Assembly (NCBI RefSeq): GCF_009914755.1
Contig: NC_060928.1
Direction: 5' to 3' (one strand)
DNA: 64,000 nucleotides
Source of the DNA: the human T2T-CHM13v2.0 reference genome, Homo sapiens
Below the pieces are notes generated by a model. That model worked only from the letters and a program-made list of their open reading frames with translations, searched no databases and had not been told where the DNA came from. Positions within the stretch are counted from its first letter, which is position 1. Every line of letters starts with the position of its first letter. Below are positions 61,675 through 64,000 of this stretch, in pieces. The position numbers and the translations under genes are program-made.

Positions 61675-62503
61675 AACTCTTTCTGAGGATGTCAGTAAAG
61701 GTTCCCCTGAAGAGGTATCTTCTTGAGCTGGCTTTGAAGCATGGCATCCTTTAGGAAAAGGGCACTTCACCCCTAAGTCCAGGCAAGGGTAAGGACGTGG
61801 TACAGTGAGTATGTGGCATCTAGGGCCCTGGGGCTGGAGGGGCAGAGATGAGGCTGTGGAGAGGTTGGTTTGGGTCATATTATATAACAGGGTCTTACCC
61901 TGTAGTTTTGTGACAGTTCCTCAGTGAGCTCTGCTGGACGATCTGTCATAAAATGGTGTCTCAATATTTGTGCCCAGAAAATATATTCACTAACACTAAG
62001 AGCTGTGTCTTAATGTGTTTTAAAAGCAGAGCCTTTATTAAACTACACCATACTATGTAAGCATTTTTGTATTAATGTTTGATTCAGCAGAAAGGCAGTG
62101 GGTGTGGTAGAAAAACAACCTTTGGAGCCATACACCACTGGGCTCAAATTCTCGTTACTTTCCACCCCTCTGATCTTGGGGAAATGCCCAAGCAATTAAA
62201 AGAGAAGCCAGTCCTTCGGGGCTCTACCTATGAGCACTGTCTGCATATCCAGCCTGCAGATGATGAAACCTACTTTGTAGGGAAGAAGTGAGAATTAACT
62301 GGTACAGAATCAGGCCTATAGAAATGATCAACAATGGCTAACGAGTCAGAAGCTCATCTCTTTGCTGCAGTTGAAAGGAAGCTCATCCTTTTTAATCAAT
62401 ACAGGCTGTGAAGGATTGCTTTTGATCTATAGAGTCACAATGAAGTTGGAATGGGGGCCATTTTGGCTATAGAGATCTTAGTTCTACAAAGGCAGCAAAG
62501 AAA

Positions 62504-62559
<56 letters not shown>
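62504..62559. repeat. (TG)n(TA)n microsatellite
   Basis: Directly visible. Confidence 0.95.
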
Positions 62560-62599
62560 CATTAAGAATATTGGCAGGATCTAGCACAATTAAAAATGC

Positions 62600-63115
62600 A
62601 CACTCCCTGACATGTGAGAGACTGGAATGCATATCTTTCTCCTCCCAGGGTGCCTCCTTGACAGTGGAAGCCAGGAAGCCACGCATTTCCCAGATTCCCT
62701 TGCAGATAAGGTTTCAAGTGTGAATGAGATTCCATCAATCAGAAGTACCATATGAGATTTGGAAGGCAAAAAATGAAGCTGACATTTGCTCCTGCTGTAT
62801 TTGTGGTCACTAGCTTTGTCAGTATCAAAGCTCACAGCATATAACATCCATTTTACTGGCACAGGATAATTCTGGAGCAGCAGTGGCTTCCTGATCATCA
62901 CTGATTCCTGATCTTGGTGCTTCTTGATCATGGCTCTGTGGTGGTGGGATTCTGGGAGCTGACATCTGCAAGGCAACTTCCCAGTTAGGCAGCAGCTCCT
63001 TTGGTGGATCAGTCCAATAGTGTAACTTTGACAATCATTCCTGAAAGTTCAAACTTGAGTCTTTACCCCCTGGAAAACATTTGATTCTCTGTAACTAAAT
63101 GTATGCTGATTAAAT
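62600..63115 (+). mobile_element. Old ERVL LTR (LTR33-like)
   Basis: CATTTCCCAGATTCCCTTGCAG...GAGATTTGGAAGGC...GCAGCAGTGGCTTCCTGATC. Confidence 0.5.
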
Positions 63116-63384
63116 TCTCCAACCCATCTTCTGGGAATTTGGCCAACAGATATACCTATAATCCATATGTATGCAAAAATGCATGTATAAAATTCACTAA
63201 AGCATGGCTTTATATCAGGAAAGATTTGGAAATCACCTAAATGTTCATTAGTAAGGAATTGGTTAAATAATATTGTATCTACATACTTTAGCCCTATGCT
63301 GACAATTTTATTTTTTAAAAGAAAATATCTCTAGCTATACAGCTACAGAGAGATATTCCCAACACGATGTTAAGTACTGGTGCT

Positions 63385-63945
63385 AAATATTTTATTTTTT
63401 GCCTGGATAGCCACACCTACCACTCACAGCCCATATGCTTGGAAAATGATAACTCCACCCCTGGCTCTAAGGTGAGTCCTTCCTCGGCTCACATCTAATG
63501 AATTCATGTAACCCCATCCTTTTCTAAGGAGATTGGTTCCAATGGAGGCACATGACCCAATTCATGCCAATAAGATGTGAAAATTGTTGACTTGAGCCTC
63601 CAAGTGAAAAAACATTAAAATTAATGTTTTCTGGCTCTTCTGAGAGAACTTCAAGAAATAACTCTCTCTCTTTCTGCCTACATATGGACATGCAGGTATG
63701 TAGCCCTGGGGATGTTAACAAGTCATATGACAGCCAGGATGGGAAGCCAGCCTTAACAATAATAGCATGAAAGGCAAAGCAGACAGAGAGAAACCATATC
63801 TCTGATAACATAGTTAAGCCACTGAGTCAAATCCACCTTGAATCAAGCTCTTTCTCTGAACTTCTAATTATGTAGGTCAACAAATTCAGTTTATTATGCA
63901 GGGTAGTTTGGTTTTGGATTATGTGCAATGGAACTTATTCTATAA
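63385..63945 (+). mobile_element. Old MLT1 (K/L-like) LTR
   Basis: GATTGGTTC...GGCACATGACCCAATTC...CCAATAAGA...TTAAGCCACTGAGTCAA. Confidence 0.55.
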
Positions 63946-64000
63946 ATTAAGTGCAAAAAAAATGCAAGGAGCCTAAACAGGTATGTAATGCATTATCCCA

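Overview
Human-type (primate) genomic DNA made almost entirely of transposable-element sequence. I recognise no cellular protein-coding exon, RNA gene or CpG island. The window opens inside a very young L1HS element with all four Ta-1 diagnostic positions. Its ORF2 is open (1275 aa), but its ORF1 is interrupted by a human-specific AluYb8 with a perfect 13-bp target-site duplication (TSD). Other main features: a four-level nest (Tigger1 > MSTA > LTR8A > Alu), a solo LTR7, two old L1M relics, and a 6.2-kb two-LTR HERV-H provirus inside a MER41A LTR, plus many MaLR, MER, MIR, L2 and Alu copies. The leading candidate for something new is the ORF1-truncated, ORF2-open L1-Alu composite. Smaller oddities: a TSD-flanked 27-nt stub of an L1 5' end, a TSD-flanked LTR-L1 chimeric insertion, an Alu with a patch matching its inverted neighbour, and an LTR7 core nearly invariant across three LTR copies. 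Family names come from remembered consensus sequences and need RepeatMasker/Dfam confirmation. I cannot claim a new biological system from sequence alone.
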